Of a DNA stretch of 64,000 nt, positions 37,229 to 46,390 are shown piece after piece (position 1 is the first letter of the stretch; each line of letters opens with the position of its first letter). The stretch is from contig CBDDED010000003.1 of the NCBI GenBank assembly GCA_965226825.1, positions 2,985,240-3,049,239 on the forward strand, read 5' to 3'. This stretch comes from Dehalococcoidia bacterium (GTDB taxonomy: Bacteria; Chloroflexota; Dehalococcoidia; Lucifugimonadales; UBA3495). Under the pieces are notes generated by a model. The model was not told the DNA's origin. It saw only the letters and a program-made list of their open reading frames with translations, and searched no databases. The translations under genes and the position numbers were made by a program.

Positions 37229-37269
37229 CCCGCTTTTGGAAAAACTGCGCAAAACTTTTCGTTGGGTGT
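37229..37269. repeat. ~43-bp intergenic direct repeat, copy 2
   Basis: CCCGCTTTTGGAAAAACTGCGCAAAACTTTTCGTTGGGTGT. Confidence 0.7.
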
Positions 37270-37415
37270 CTGTTGGGTTGGTGTAGCGAGGGTGTTTTCT
37301 TGCCAGTGTGGTGGTGGTGGTCTATGATTCCGAAATCCCCACTCTTGGGATGCAACCCGGGGATGCCTCCGGCGGAATTCGCCGGTGGTGAGCCGCCTAA
37401 GCGAGGAACGTTTCG

Positions 37416-38864
37416 TTGGCGCAGCTACAGTTCACACAGTTCCTCGAAGACCTGCGCGAAATTGTCGGCGAGAGAAATGTCATCTCCCATCCTGACGATT
37501 TGCTCGTTTACGAATACGACGGCTCCATTGACCGCGGTATGCCGCGGGTGGTGGTGCTGCCGGATTCGGGACAAGAAGTCTCCCGGGTGATGGCCCGGGC
37601 TTACCAGGAAGGGATACCCGTCGCCGGGAGAGGCTCCGGGACCGGACTGAGCGGCGGCGCAATCTCGCCACCGGACGGGATGCAGATTTCCTTCTCCAGG
37701 ATGAACCGGATTTTGCAGGTGGATACAGCCAACCGGGCCGCCGTGGTGCAACCCGGCGTGATTAACCTGGACCTGGATAATCACGTTCATAAATTCGGCA
37801 TGCGCTATGCCCCGGACCCGTCAAGCCAGCGGGCGTGCAGCATCGGGGGCAATGTGGCCGAAAACGCCGGCGGTCCCCATTGCCTGGTGTACGGCTCCAC
37901 CACTAACCACATTCTGGGTCTGGAGGTGGTCCTGGAAGACGGTGAGATGGTCCGGTTGGGCAGCCTGACCACGGCACCGGTGAGAGAACAACCCGGCTAC
38001 GATCTTCGGGGAGTTTTCGTGGGTTCCGAAGGTACGTTTGGGGTTGCTACCGAGGTGGCTGTCCGGTTGCTGCCCGTGCCGCCCGCGGTCAAAACCTTTC
38101 TCGGCATTTTCCACGGAATCGATTCCGCGTGCACCGCCGTGTCGGCAATCATCGCGCAGGGGATAGTCCCGGCGGCCCTGGAGATGATGGACTCGGTGAC
38201 CATCCGGGCGGTGCAGAAAACCACCGACGCGGGATTTCCTGACGACGCCGGTGCAGTGCTGCTCATCGAGTTGGAAGGACTGCCGGAAGAAGTTGAGGAC
38301 GTGGGGGTCCAGGTAGAGGCATGCCTGTGGGACACCGGGGCGGTCAGGGTCAACGTGGCCCTGGAGGAGGAGCACCGGGCGAAGTTGTGGGCGGGCCGGA
38401 AAAGCGCTTTTGGAGCTTTTGGCAACATCGCCCCCAACCTATACCTGGTCGATGGAGTGGTTCCGCGCACCAAGCTAACCCAGGTACTGGCCGACGTGGG
38501 GGACATTGGACGGGACTACGGGCTAACCATTGCCAACGTGTTCCACGCGGGAGACGGCAACCTTCACCCGTGTATTCTGTTTAATGAACGCGAGCCCGGT
38601 ACGCTGGACCGGGTGATCGAGGCCGCCGGGGAAATGCTCAAGGTCTGCGTGGCCGCCGGGGGGGCGCTGACCGGCGAACACGGGGTTGGCTTGGAGAAAA
38701 AGGAATACATGCCCTTGATGTTTACCGGTGAAGACATGGACGCCATGAAAAAGGTCCGTGACTCCTTTGCTCCGGCCAACCGGCTGAACCCCGGCAAGAT
38801 TTTCCCCGACGGGCAGCCGTATCAACCGCCTTCACACCGGGTAACGCCGGGAATGACGGTGTAG
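37416..38864 (+). CDS. glcD: glycolate oxidase subunit GlcD (FAD-linked oxidase)
   Basis: FAD_binding_4-type N-terminus and ..GDGNLHP.. plus ..GALTGEHGVGLEK.. C-terminal motifs. Followed by glcE and glcF. TTG start. Confidence 0.85.
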   Translation: MAQLQFTQFLEDLREIVGERNVISHPDDLLVYEYDGSIDRGMPRVVVLPDSGQEVSRVMARAYQEGIPVAGRGSGTGLSGGAISPPDGMQISFSRMNRILQVDTANRAAVVQPGVINLDLDNHVHKFGMRYAPDPSSQRACSIGGNVAENAGGPHCLVYGSTTNHILGLEVVLEDGEMVRLGSLTTAPVREQPGYDLRGVFVGSEGTFGVATEVAVRLLPVPPAVKTFLGIFHGIDSACTAVSAIIAQGIVPAALEMMDSVTIRAVQKTTDAGFPDDAGAVLLIELEGLPEEVEDVGVQVEACLWDTGAVRVNVALEEEHRAKLWAGRKSAFGAFGNIAPNLYLVDGVVPRTKLTQVLADVGDIGRDYGLTIANVFHAGDGNLHPCILFNEREPGTLDRVIEAAGEMLKVCVAAGGALTGEHGVGLEKKEYMPLMFTGEDMDAMKKVRDSFAPANRLNPGKIFPDGQPYQPPSHRVTPGMTV

Positions 38865-39065
38865 GTCAGGGGGCCCCCTCCCGGACGGCTGACGCGCATC
38901 GTTCATACTCATGATCGCCAATCGGAAGCGCCTGGAAACCCAGGCAAGGCGTCTGACCCAAGGCCTTTCAAGTGCCTCCCGTTATTCTAGCCGCAGCGGG
39001 AATGACGGGGCGGGGGTCGTCCCACACCCGGGGTGTCCCTGCCAGCACAATCTGCACTACACACG

Positions 39066-39206
39066 AAAAGGGCTCTGGATTCCCGCTGCGGCGAGAATGA
39101 CGGGAGTAGGGGACAAAAGGGCTCTGGATTCCCGCTGCGGCGAGAATGACGGGAGTGGGGGACAAAAGGGCTCTGGATTCCCGCGGCGGCAACAGTGACG
39201 GGGGAA
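39066..39206. repeat. Three tandem REP units (period 49 bp) between glcD and glcE
   Basis: AAAAGGGCTCTGGATTCCCGCTGCGGCGAGAATGACGGGAGT(A/G)GGGGAC x2, plus a diverged third unit. A partial REP lies at 38985-39010. Confidence 0.85.
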
Positions 39207-39288
39207 TTAATGACAATTGAAACACCCTGGGGCCTGACCTACGCCTAATGCCAGCCAGCATGAGCATCCACACCTTCCGGAGTGGCCC

Positions 39289-40710
39289 ATGACCGCGTCC
39301 TGGATCGAGCAACTGACCGACCTGGTTGGACCGACTGGCGTGGCCGGGGCCGAGGCCTTGCCCGGTTATGCCATAGACGGGCAGACGCCCTGGGCGGCGG
39401 TGCAGCCCGCAGACCGGGCCGCCGTATCCTCGGTCATGCAATGGGCCGGAGCGCAGGACGCCTCGGTAGCTCCCAGGGGCGGCGGCACCATGTCCGGGTT
39501 AGGAAACGTGCCGGCACGGCTGGATCTGGCCCTGGATTTGCGCAAATGCAGCCGGGTGTTGGACTTTCAACCCGATGACCTGACGGTGACGGTGGAAGCC
39601 GGAATGACGCTGGATGTCTTGCATGCCGCGCTGGCCCAGGGGCGCAAGTACCTTCCGTTGGAAGCCCCGCATCCGGCCAGTGCCACCATTGGAGGCATTC
39701 TGTCTACCAACTGCACCGGGCCAAGACGGTTTGCCTATGGCCTGCCCCGGGACTGGCTCATTGGCATTGCCGTGGTGTCGCCGGGCGGCGTGGAGTCCAA
39801 AGCCGGCGGCCGGGTGGTCAAGAACGTCACTGGCTACGACCTGAACAAACTGTATACTGGTTCCCTGGGCACCCTGGGGGTCATAGTTGAAGCCAGCTTC
39901 AAATTAACTCCGGTCCCGCTCCACTCAAAGGCCCTGATCGCCTGCTTCCAACCTTCCTCCGGGGGTGCCGATGCGCCGATCGGGGCGGCCCAAGCCTTGG
40001 TGAACCAGGGTTACTCTCCTCAGGGGATTCAAGTCCTGGACCTAACGGCGGCACGGCGGATAGCCGTTCCGGTCATCCAGGATATGATGCGCGGGACCGA
40101 CCCCGGCCCCTGGCTGGTCTTGGGATTTTACGAAGGGCGGGATGAGGCCGTGGTCCAGCAGCGCTCCTCAATAGGGGCCGACCTCATGGGTTTCCTGGGC
40201 GCCTTGGAAGTGGTCCAAGCCGGACAGGCAGACACCGACGCGCTTTTGGCAGAAACAACAGCCTTGGGGTGGGAGCGGGAAACCCCGCCGTATCTGTCAA
40301 TCAAAATCAACGTCCCTCCTTCGGCCATGCCGGCCCTGGTCATGGAGGCGGCGCAACCCCCGCCTTCGGGCCGCGCCCCCGCTCCAGCCATAGTGGCGGA
40401 TCCCGGTTTCGGCACGATTAAGCTCCTGTGGTGGCCAGATGCGGACCAATACCCGCAAGGTCCGTCAGAAAATGCGGGAGGGCCCGATAGCACGGGGCTG
40501 CGGGAAATACTCGAAACAATCCGAGACCTAACCCACCAAGCCGGGGGGACCGCGGTCGTCGAGCAGTGCCCCCTGCCGTTAAAACGCGGAATTGACGTGT
40601 GGGACGGTTCGGCCTACGGCGACCGGGAGGTCGAAATAATGAGGGAGATCAAAGGGAAATTCGACCCAACGGGCATCCTCAACCCCGGCCGTTTCCTGGG
40701 AGGGATCTGA
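39289..40710 (+). CDS. glcE: glycolate oxidase FAD-binding subunit GlcE
   Basis: FAD-binding PCMH-type sequence (..RGGGTMSGLGN.., ..VKNVTGYDLNKL..). Lies between glcD and glcF. Confidence 0.8.
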   Translation: MTASWIEQLTDLVGPTGVAGAEALPGYAIDGQTPWAAVQPADRAAVSSVMQWAGAQDASVAPRGGGTMSGLGNVPARLDLALDLRKCSRVLDFQPDDLTVTVEAGMTLDVLHAALAQGRKYLPLEAPHPASATIGGILSTNCTGPRRFAYGLPRDWLIGIAVVSPGGVESKAGGRVVKNVTGYDLNKLYTGSLGTLGVIVEASFKLTPVPLHSKALIACFQPSSGGADAPIGAAQALVNQGYSPQGIQVLDLTAARRIAVPVIQDMMRGTDPGPWLVLGFYEGRDEAVVQQRSSIGADLMGFLGALEVVQAGQADTDALLAETTALGWERETPPYLSIKINVPPSAMPALVMEAAQPPPSGRAPAPAIVADPGFGTIKLLWWPDADQYPQGPSENAGGPDSTGLREILETIRDLTHQAGGTAVVEQCPLPLKRGIDVWDGSAYGDREVEIMREIKGKFDPTGILNPGRFLGGI

Positions 40711-42038
40711 TGATTCTGCCGGACTTGACGCCATCGGGCTTGACGCCATCGGGTTTTGCGGGGGCCGACGCGCCGGTAGAGGCTGACCTTTACCGGTGTG
40801 TCCACTGCGGCCTGTGCCTCAGCGCCTGTCCCACCTACATCCAACTGGGCGTGGAGACAGAATCGCCGCGAGGCCGGTTGGCGTTGATGAAAGCGGTCAA
40901 CGAGGGGCGCACACCCATCACCGACCGCATCGCGTCCCATTGGGACCTGTGCCTACAGTGCCGGGCCTGTGAAGCCGTTTGCCCGTCGGGAGTCCCCTAC
41001 GGCCGGATCATGGAACAAACCAGGGCCCAGGTTTTGGACCAGGGAATGCGGTCGGACAACATGAAGACCATCAGCCGCTGGTTTCTCCGGGCGGCTCTGC
41101 CCCATCCGGGGCGGTTGCGGTTTGGCGCGCACCTGCTCCGGGCGTACCAACGTTCGGGGTTGCAGTGGCTGGTACGGAGATTCGGTCTGCTCCGGTTGTT
41201 GCCGGGAGCGTTGGGCCGCTTCGAGTCGCAGATTCCGGCTCTGGGTGGCCGTTTCTTCGGCCCATCGGACCAGGTCCACGCGGCCAAAGGTTCCAGGCGT
41301 ATGACAGTCGGCCTCCTTTCAGGCTGCGTTATGCCGCTGGTCCACGGCGACACGATGGATGCCTCGGTGGAGGTGTTGACCCGCAACGGATGCGACGTAG
41401 TAACACCCAAAGGTCAGGGCTGCTGCGGGTCGTTGAACGCTCACAGCGGCGACCTGGAATACGCCCGAATTATGGCCCGCCGTAACATCGATATTTTCCT
41501 TCAGGCCGGGGTGGACCGGGTGGTGGTTGCTTCGGCGGGTTGCAGTTCGACCATGAAGGAATACGGGGAACTGCTGGCCGACGACCCGGCCTACTCCGCC
41601 AAGGCCGAGGTTTTCGGCGCCAAGACGGTGGACATCACCGAGTTTCTGGCACAACTGCCCCTGGAGCAGCCCCGCGGCCGGGTCGAGCGGCGGGTGACCT
41701 ACCAGGACCCCTGCCACCTGGCCCATTCCCAGCGAATCACCAAGGAGCCCAGGGCCGTTCTCGCTGCGATACCGGGCCTGGAGTTGGCGGAGATGGAGCA
41801 GGCCAGCATGTGCTGCGGGAGCGCCGGATATTATTCGATAGTGCAGCCGGAGATGTCGCAGGGCCTGCTGGCCCGCAAGATGGACCACATCGTGGCGACC
41901 GGGGCGACCCAGGTGGTTACGGCCAACCCCGGCTGCATGCTCCAGATAGACCGCGGAATGCGCGAGCGCGGCCTTCCCGGGGCTGTCTGCCACGTGGTGG
42001 ACGTTCTGGCCGAGGCCTACCGGAACGAGAGCGGGTAG
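40710..42038 (+). CDS. glcF: glycolate oxidase iron-sulfur subunit GlcF
   Basis: The start overlaps the glcE stop (TGATG). Two 4Fe-4S motifs (CVHCGLCLSACP, CLQCRACEAVCP) and CCG domains (..CCGS..). Confidence 0.88.
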   Translation: MILPDLTPSGLTPSGFAGADAPVEADLYRCVHCGLCLSACPTYIQLGVETESPRGRLALMKAVNEGRTPITDRIASHWDLCLQCRACEAVCPSGVPYGRIMEQTRAQVLDQGMRSDNMKTISRWFLRAALPHPGRLRFGAHLLRAYQRSGLQWLVRRFGLLRLLPGALGRFESQIPALGGRFFGPSDQVHAAKGSRRMTVGLLSGCVMPLVHGDTMDASVEVLTRNGCDVVTPKGQGCCGSLNAHSGDLEYARIMARRNIDIFLQAGVDRVVVASAGCSSTMKEYGELLADDPAYSAKAEVFGAKTVDITEFLAQLPLEQPRGRVERRVTYQDPCHLAHSQRITKEPRAVLAAIPGLELAEMEQASMCCGSAGYYSIVQPEMSQGLLARKMDHIVATGATQVVTANPGCMLQIDRGMRERGLPGAVCHVVDVLAEAYRNESG

Positions 42039-42125
42039 GGCCAAGCCGGTGACACGGATAGAAGTTGGCTTTGACGGCTCTGCAAGGACGGGACCAACGC
42101 AAAGAGTACCCAGGACAACCACAAA

Positions 42126-43316
42126 TTGAGAATCGCCCTGTGGCTAAGCGTGCTGGTTGCGCTGGCCCTAATCTTGGCCTGCGGAACCCCAACAGCTACT
42201 CCGACAGAGCTACCTCTTACCGAGACCCAGGAGCAGTCTCCGTCTACACCGGCAGAGCAGTCAGCGACCGGGACCCCGGAGCCGACCACAGGCACGTCGA
42301 CAATGCCACCGCTTACCGACATCCCAAAGCCAACGGCAGCTACGACGGCAGAGCGGCCAGCGACGTTGACCGTGGAGTCGCCTGCGGAAACGACGCCGGG
42401 ACCGCTGGCAACGGAGGTTTCAGAGCGGCCAGCGGCGACACCGGCGGAACAACCGGCGACCGATTCCACTTCGAACGATCCATCTGCGCTTCTCGCAATG
42501 CTGCCAGCCGGGGCCTCGCAGTTTACGTTTGTTAACCTCGAAGCCGCAATGGAGAGGCCTGCTTTTCGCGAGGTGGTTGAGTTTCAACTCAGCGACTTCG
42601 TTAACCTGGACGAGATACTGCTTGCCGAGGAGTTGCTTCGCTCCACGCACGTCAGCGCTATAGTTATGGGGGATTTTTACACCCGGTTCGAATGGGCCTG
42701 CATCTTAAGCGGCGATTTTGCTCTGGTTCAGGGCGCCCTGCGTTTGGCCGCCTCCGTTGATTCAGTGGGCGGTTTGTCTGCCAGCATGATTGATGCGCAC
42801 CGGGACGTGGAAATCTTCTCCCTCGTCAGAAAGACGCGTCGTTCGGAAATCCAAGTGTATCTGGCCATTCTGGACCGTAAGACGCTGGCAGCAAGCCAAG
42901 ACTTGGAACTGGTGAAGGAGATGATTGAGCGGCAGCGGGACGGCCTCAGCCTACCGCAGTCTCTTGCGGTAATGCTGGAGGAATGGGGACACCCCGATTA
43001 CCTGGATGCCTTGAGATTGGGAAGCGATCCTAACCAAACGTTGCCGGGCCCTCTGGGCGCCGCGAAGTACTACGCCTTCCACGCTACGCTGGGAGAAAAT
43101 GCGACCACTACGATGCGCGTTCTGCAACAGTTCAGCGACGATGACCAAGCCGCCGCTGCTGCCGCCTGGCTTGGTGAACAGGAGGATGCGTTCTGGCGGA
43201 GGATCGGTTACGGAAGCGGCGCCCAGATTGACCAGTGGAGAGCGAAAGGGCAGTCGGCCTACGGCGAGGCCAATGTTGCCGACGAGGATGTTCTTGGTCT
43301 GATTCAGCCCAACTAG
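42126..43316 (+). CDS. hypothetical lipoprotein with Thr/Pro/Glu-rich linker
   Basis: MRIALWLSVLVALALILACG lipobox signal, a ~110-aa low-complexity region and then a globular part. Confidence 0.65.
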   Translation: MRIALWLSVLVALALILACGTPTATPTELPLTETQEQSPSTPAEQSATGTPEPTTGTSTMPPLTDIPKPTAATTAERPATLTVESPAETTPGPLATEVSERPAATPAEQPATDSTSNDPSALLAMLPAGASQFTFVNLEAAMERPAFREVVEFQLSDFVNLDEILLAEELLRSTHVSAIVMGDFYTRFEWACILSGDFALVQGALRLAASVDSVGGLSASMIDAHRDVEIFSLVRKTRRSEIQVYLAILDRKTLAASQDLELVKEMIERQRDGLSLPQSLAVMLEEWGHPDYLDALRLGSDPNQTLPGPLGAAKYYAFHATLGENATTTMRVLQQFSDDDQAAAAAAWLGEQEDAFWRRIGYGSGAQIDQWRAKGQSAYGEANVADEDVLGLIQPN

Positions 43317-43497
43317 CCTGAGCAGGCCCGGCCGGCGCAGCCCGGTCGAGGGGGCTTGGGCTTTTCAGATCGGGCATCCCCCAAGTTTTACTTCGACCCT
43401 GGTTCCTTCCCTTTCGAGGCGCATGGGGGTGATTGCAGACTTTGTTTGTAGAACGGGCTCGAAGCAGGTAACAAGACGGCGGCGAGGGGGAACACCG

Positions 43498-43704
43498 TCA
43501 AGCGTTGTTTCCGTTGGCAGCGGGACTGGACTGCCTTTCCGACGGCGGGGGTTCGTCGAACGGACGGCCGTCTGCCCTGGCTTGATTGAACCTATTCAGC
43601 CAGGCTTCCCATTCTTGACGCTCCAGTTGACGTCCTCGCTGTTCGCCCCTTGCCTCCGCTCTTTTCCGAAGCCACTCCGCGAACCATTCCGAGAGCATGG
43701 ACAT
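43498..43704 (-). CDS. small protein, truncated paralog 1 of 44088..44492
   Basis: Shares ..LSEWFAEWLRKRAE..RGRQLERQEWEAWLNRFNQARADGRPFDEPPPSE.. with the other two copies. A stop codon sits 14 codons upstream of the ATG, so the TM region is missing. Confidence 0.45.
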   Translation of the reverse strand: MSMLSEWFAEWLRKRAEARGEQRGRQLERQEWEAWLNRFNQARADGRPFDEPPPSERQSSPAANGNNA

Positions 43705-43781
43705 AACCTCAACTACAACAGTTAGGAAAGTGGTTCTAAGGGGCGGCTATTGGCAGGTTGATATGGCGACGGGGAAAACGG

Positions 43782-44003
43782 TCAAGCAATGTGTGCGTAG
43801 GAAGCAGTTCTAGACTGCTTTTCCGACGGAGGGGGTTCATCGAACGGACGGCCGTCTGCCCTGGCTTGATTGAACCTATTCAGCCAGGCTTCCCATTCTT
43901 GACGCTCCAGTTGGCGCCCTCGCTCTTGCCCTCTAATCTCCTCTCCAATCTCCCTTAGCTCCCTTTTTTTCCGAAGCCACTCTGCGAACCATACCGAGAG
44001 CAT
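43782..44003 (-). CDS. small protein, truncated paralog 2
   Basis: Same conserved C-terminal module and the same upstream stop position as paralog 1. Confidence 0.45.
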   Translation of the reverse strand: MLSVWFAEWLRKKRELREIGEEIRGQERGRQLERQEWEAWLNRFNQARADGRPFDEPPPSEKQSRTASYAHIA

Positions 44004-44087
44004 GAAAATAACCTCTACTACAACGGTTAAGAGAGTGATTCCAAGAGGAGGCTATGCGCAGGTTGACAAGCCAACGGGGGTAACCGG

Positions 44088-44492
44088 TCAAGCGTTGTTT
44101 TCGTTGGCAGCGGGACTGGACTCCCTTTCCGACGGCGGGGGTTCGTCGAACGGCCGGCCGTCTGCCTGAGCCTGCTTAAACCTGTTCAGCCAGGCTTCCC
44201 ACTCGCGGCGTTCCAGTTGGCGTCCTCTTTTCTCCGCTCTTTTCTGAAGCCACTCTGAGAGCATGAAGATAACCTCTACGATAACTGTTGTGCTTACGAC
44301 TGATATGAGGACGAATGGGCTGGAATTACGCCCTATAGCGATGAAAGTCTCGAAAAAATTATCATGGGTACGGACGATGATTTCATACCACGACACGATT
44401 CCCGTATGCAATCCCACCTGGAGCGGGAAGAGGACCCAGAAAAATATGCGCCATGATGCAGGCACGATCCAAATGGATTCTCTGTCTTGCAA
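44088..44492 (-). CDS. small membrane protein (134 aa), full-length member of the tandem family
   Basis: Two hydrophobic segments (IFFWVLFPLQVGLHTGIV, FVLISVVSTTVIVEVIFML) followed by the conserved RGRQLERREWEAWLNRF..DGRPFDEPPP tail. Confidence 0.55.
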   Translation of the reverse strand: MQDRESIWIVPASWRIFFWVLFPLQVGLHTGIVSWYEIIVRTHDNFFETFIAIGRNSSPFVLISVVSTTVIVEVIFMLSEWLQKRAEKRGRQLERREWEAWLNRFKQAQADGRPFDEPPPSERESSPAANENNA

Positions 44493-44620
44493 GCAATCGC
44501 TCCGTTGCTATTTCCGTTGTTGGTGCATTTGTGGGCCATGATGGTAGCACATAGGTGTCACACTCTTGACGTGAGAGTGTTTGCGGTGCGATACACTCCG
44601 GAAAAGACATGAAATGAAGG

Positions 44621-45142
44621 GTGGTTAATTTGACAGAAGAACGGATTAACACCGAGGACGAGCCCCGGATCGCCGAGCGGGTCAAGTTCTGGGAAGAAGA
44701 GGACCGAATCAACCAGGAGCTAATTCCCCGAGTTATCCGCCAGCATGAATTGCTCACCAGCCACATCGCCGACCACGAAAACCTGCCTTTGATAGCGGGC
44801 AACGCCATTAGCGAGGCTTTGGCCGAAGCTCGGGAGGAACAGAGCCAGCAATTGGCAGCGGCTAGAGCCGAGCGGGAAGAGCAGGGCCGGCAGCAAGAAG
44901 CAGAATTGGCGGCGGTCCGAACCGAACGGGTAGAACAGAACCGTCGACACGAAGCGGAGTTGGCGGCGGCCAAGGCCGAGCGTGAAGAGCAGGACCGTCA
45001 ATACCAAACGTCATTGGCCGCGTTGCAAGAACAAACCCTTAAGGTGCGAAACCTGATCATCGGGGTCTCCGCCGGAGCCGCCGTCATCAGCGTCGCCGCA
45101 ATAGTTGTAGCTATTCTTTCCTACGTTGGGGGAACGGCATGA
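44621..45142 (+). CDS. coiled-coil protein with C-terminal transmembrane anchor (173 aa)
   Basis: Repetitive ..AEREEQGRQQEAELAAVRTERVEQNRRHEAELAAAKAEREEQDRQ.., then LIIGVSAGAAVISVAAIVVAIL. Start codon uncertain (GTG 44621 or TTG 44630). Confidence 0.6.
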   Translation: MVNLTEERINTEDEPRIAERVKFWEEEDRINQELIPRVIRQHELLTSHIADHENLPLIAGNAISEALAEAREEQSQQLAAARAEREEQGRQQEAELAAVRTERVEQNRRHEAELAAAKAEREEQDRQYQTSLAALQEQTLKVRNLIIGVSAGAAVISVAAIVVAILSYVGGTA

Positions 45143-46338
45143 CTATGCAATCATTAAGCTTGCTGCCGGCATTGCAGGAACTTCCTGGCGGCAACGACGG
45201 CACCCGCCAGTCATTTCGGGAGATTATGACCGGTTTGGTGAGCACCGACCGGGCCATGTACGCTGCAGAATTCGCCTCTGCCGTTTCCTTCGGGATGTGG
45301 CCCATTTTTGATGACATTAACGTTGACGATAGCCTAGCCGAATCCTACGCAACCCGCTGGCCTGACATGGCTACCGACCACTCTCTGCACGAAAAGTGGC
45401 AAATGTTGGTGGAGAGTGGACAGGGTACTGGAGAAAGTGAGTGGTTCTACAGTGGGCTAAAGGGGCAACTGGCCGAGTTTAAAGTCCCGGACCTGCTGAA
45501 ACAAGATGGGTTCACCAACATAGATTTCCCTCGAAACGAACAAGGTGAAATTAATCCCACTAATGAGGGCCACGATATCAGTGCTATTGCTCCTGACGGT
45601 CAGGAAGTCCTGATTCAAGTAAAAACCGGCGAATCACTCTCTTCCAGCGACTTCCGGAATCTTATGGTAGAAAACCCGGGCATTAATATTTGGGCAATTG
45701 GCACCGAGTATCACGACAAAGCTGTTAGGGCTGCTGAGTCTGTGCCGGACATGGTAGATAGAATAATAATGGAAATCGGCCCAGACCATGAAGTGGTGGA
45801 CGGGATCACCGATGGCCTAACCACGTTAAGCGCAAACATGGGCATCGACGTACCCGACGGCATTGTGCACATCGTCCCTTTCGCCGGCGCCATCTTTGCC
45901 GGCGCACGGTTGGTTTATAGCGTAATCAAGACCGAGGGGGAGTTCAGAGCGGTTGACCGCACAGCCAAAAACAAGATTCAGGTGGTGCAAAGCCTGACGT
46001 TGATGTCCCGAATGGGAATTAACACCGTTCTTTCAATCGCAGGAGGTAAGGGAGGTGCATTGGGAGGAACGGTGGCAGGAACGTTAGCTGGAACTGTGGT
46101 GCCGGGTGTCGGCAATGCTGTTGGTGGCACGGTTGGAGGGATCGGCGGCGGTATTGTTGGCGCGTTAGTCGGCTGGCGCATGGGGAGGTTCCTGAACCAG
46201 CACCTCCAGCCGCACATGCTCGACCTGGCCCTGAACATTACCGGGCTAGGCCATGACGACCTGTTCTACTACAAGAACAAGGTCCGCATTGACGAGGTAG
46301 CGTTTTCTATCCGACAAACCGCCGGGCAACTGGAGTAG
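45139..46338 (+). CDS. hypothetical protein (399 aa): N-terminal PD-(D/E)xK-like region + C-terminal glycine-zipper membrane region
   Basis: The start overlaps the upstream stop (ATGA). ..GQLAEFKVPD..EGHDISAIAPDGQEVLIQVKTG.. (E...D...QVK order). C-terminus GGKGGALGGTVAGTLAGTVVPGVGNAVGGTVGGIGGGIVGALVGW. Confidence 0.65.
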   Translation: MTMQSLSLLPALQELPGGNDGTRQSFREIMTGLVSTDRAMYAAEFASAVSFGMWPIFDDINVDDSLAESYATRWPDMATDHSLHEKWQMLVESGQGTGESEWFYSGLKGQLAEFKVPDLLKQDGFTNIDFPRNEQGEINPTNEGHDISAIAPDGQEVLIQVKTGESLSSSDFRNLMVENPGINIWAIGTEYHDKAVRAAESVPDMVDRIIMEIGPDHEVVDGITDGLTTLSANMGIDVPDGIVHIVPFAGAIFAGARLVYSVIKTEGEFRAVDRTAKNKIQVVQSLTLMSRMGINTVLSIAGGKGGALGGTVAGTLAGTVVPGVGNAVGGTVGGIGGGIVGALVGWRMGRFLNQHLQPHMLDLALNITGLGHDDLFYYKNKVRIDEVAFSIRQTAGQLE

Positions 46339-46390
46339 GTTCCTCGTCTGCCTGCTCTGCCGGCCGCCACCTGATTTTCCAGCCTGGCGG

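Noticed and set aside
44383-44973. 196-aa minus-strand ORF
   Set aside because: It is antisense to the coiled-coil gene 44621..45142. Its Ser/Ala/Arg-rich composition mirrors the Glu/Ala/Arg repeats of the sense strand.
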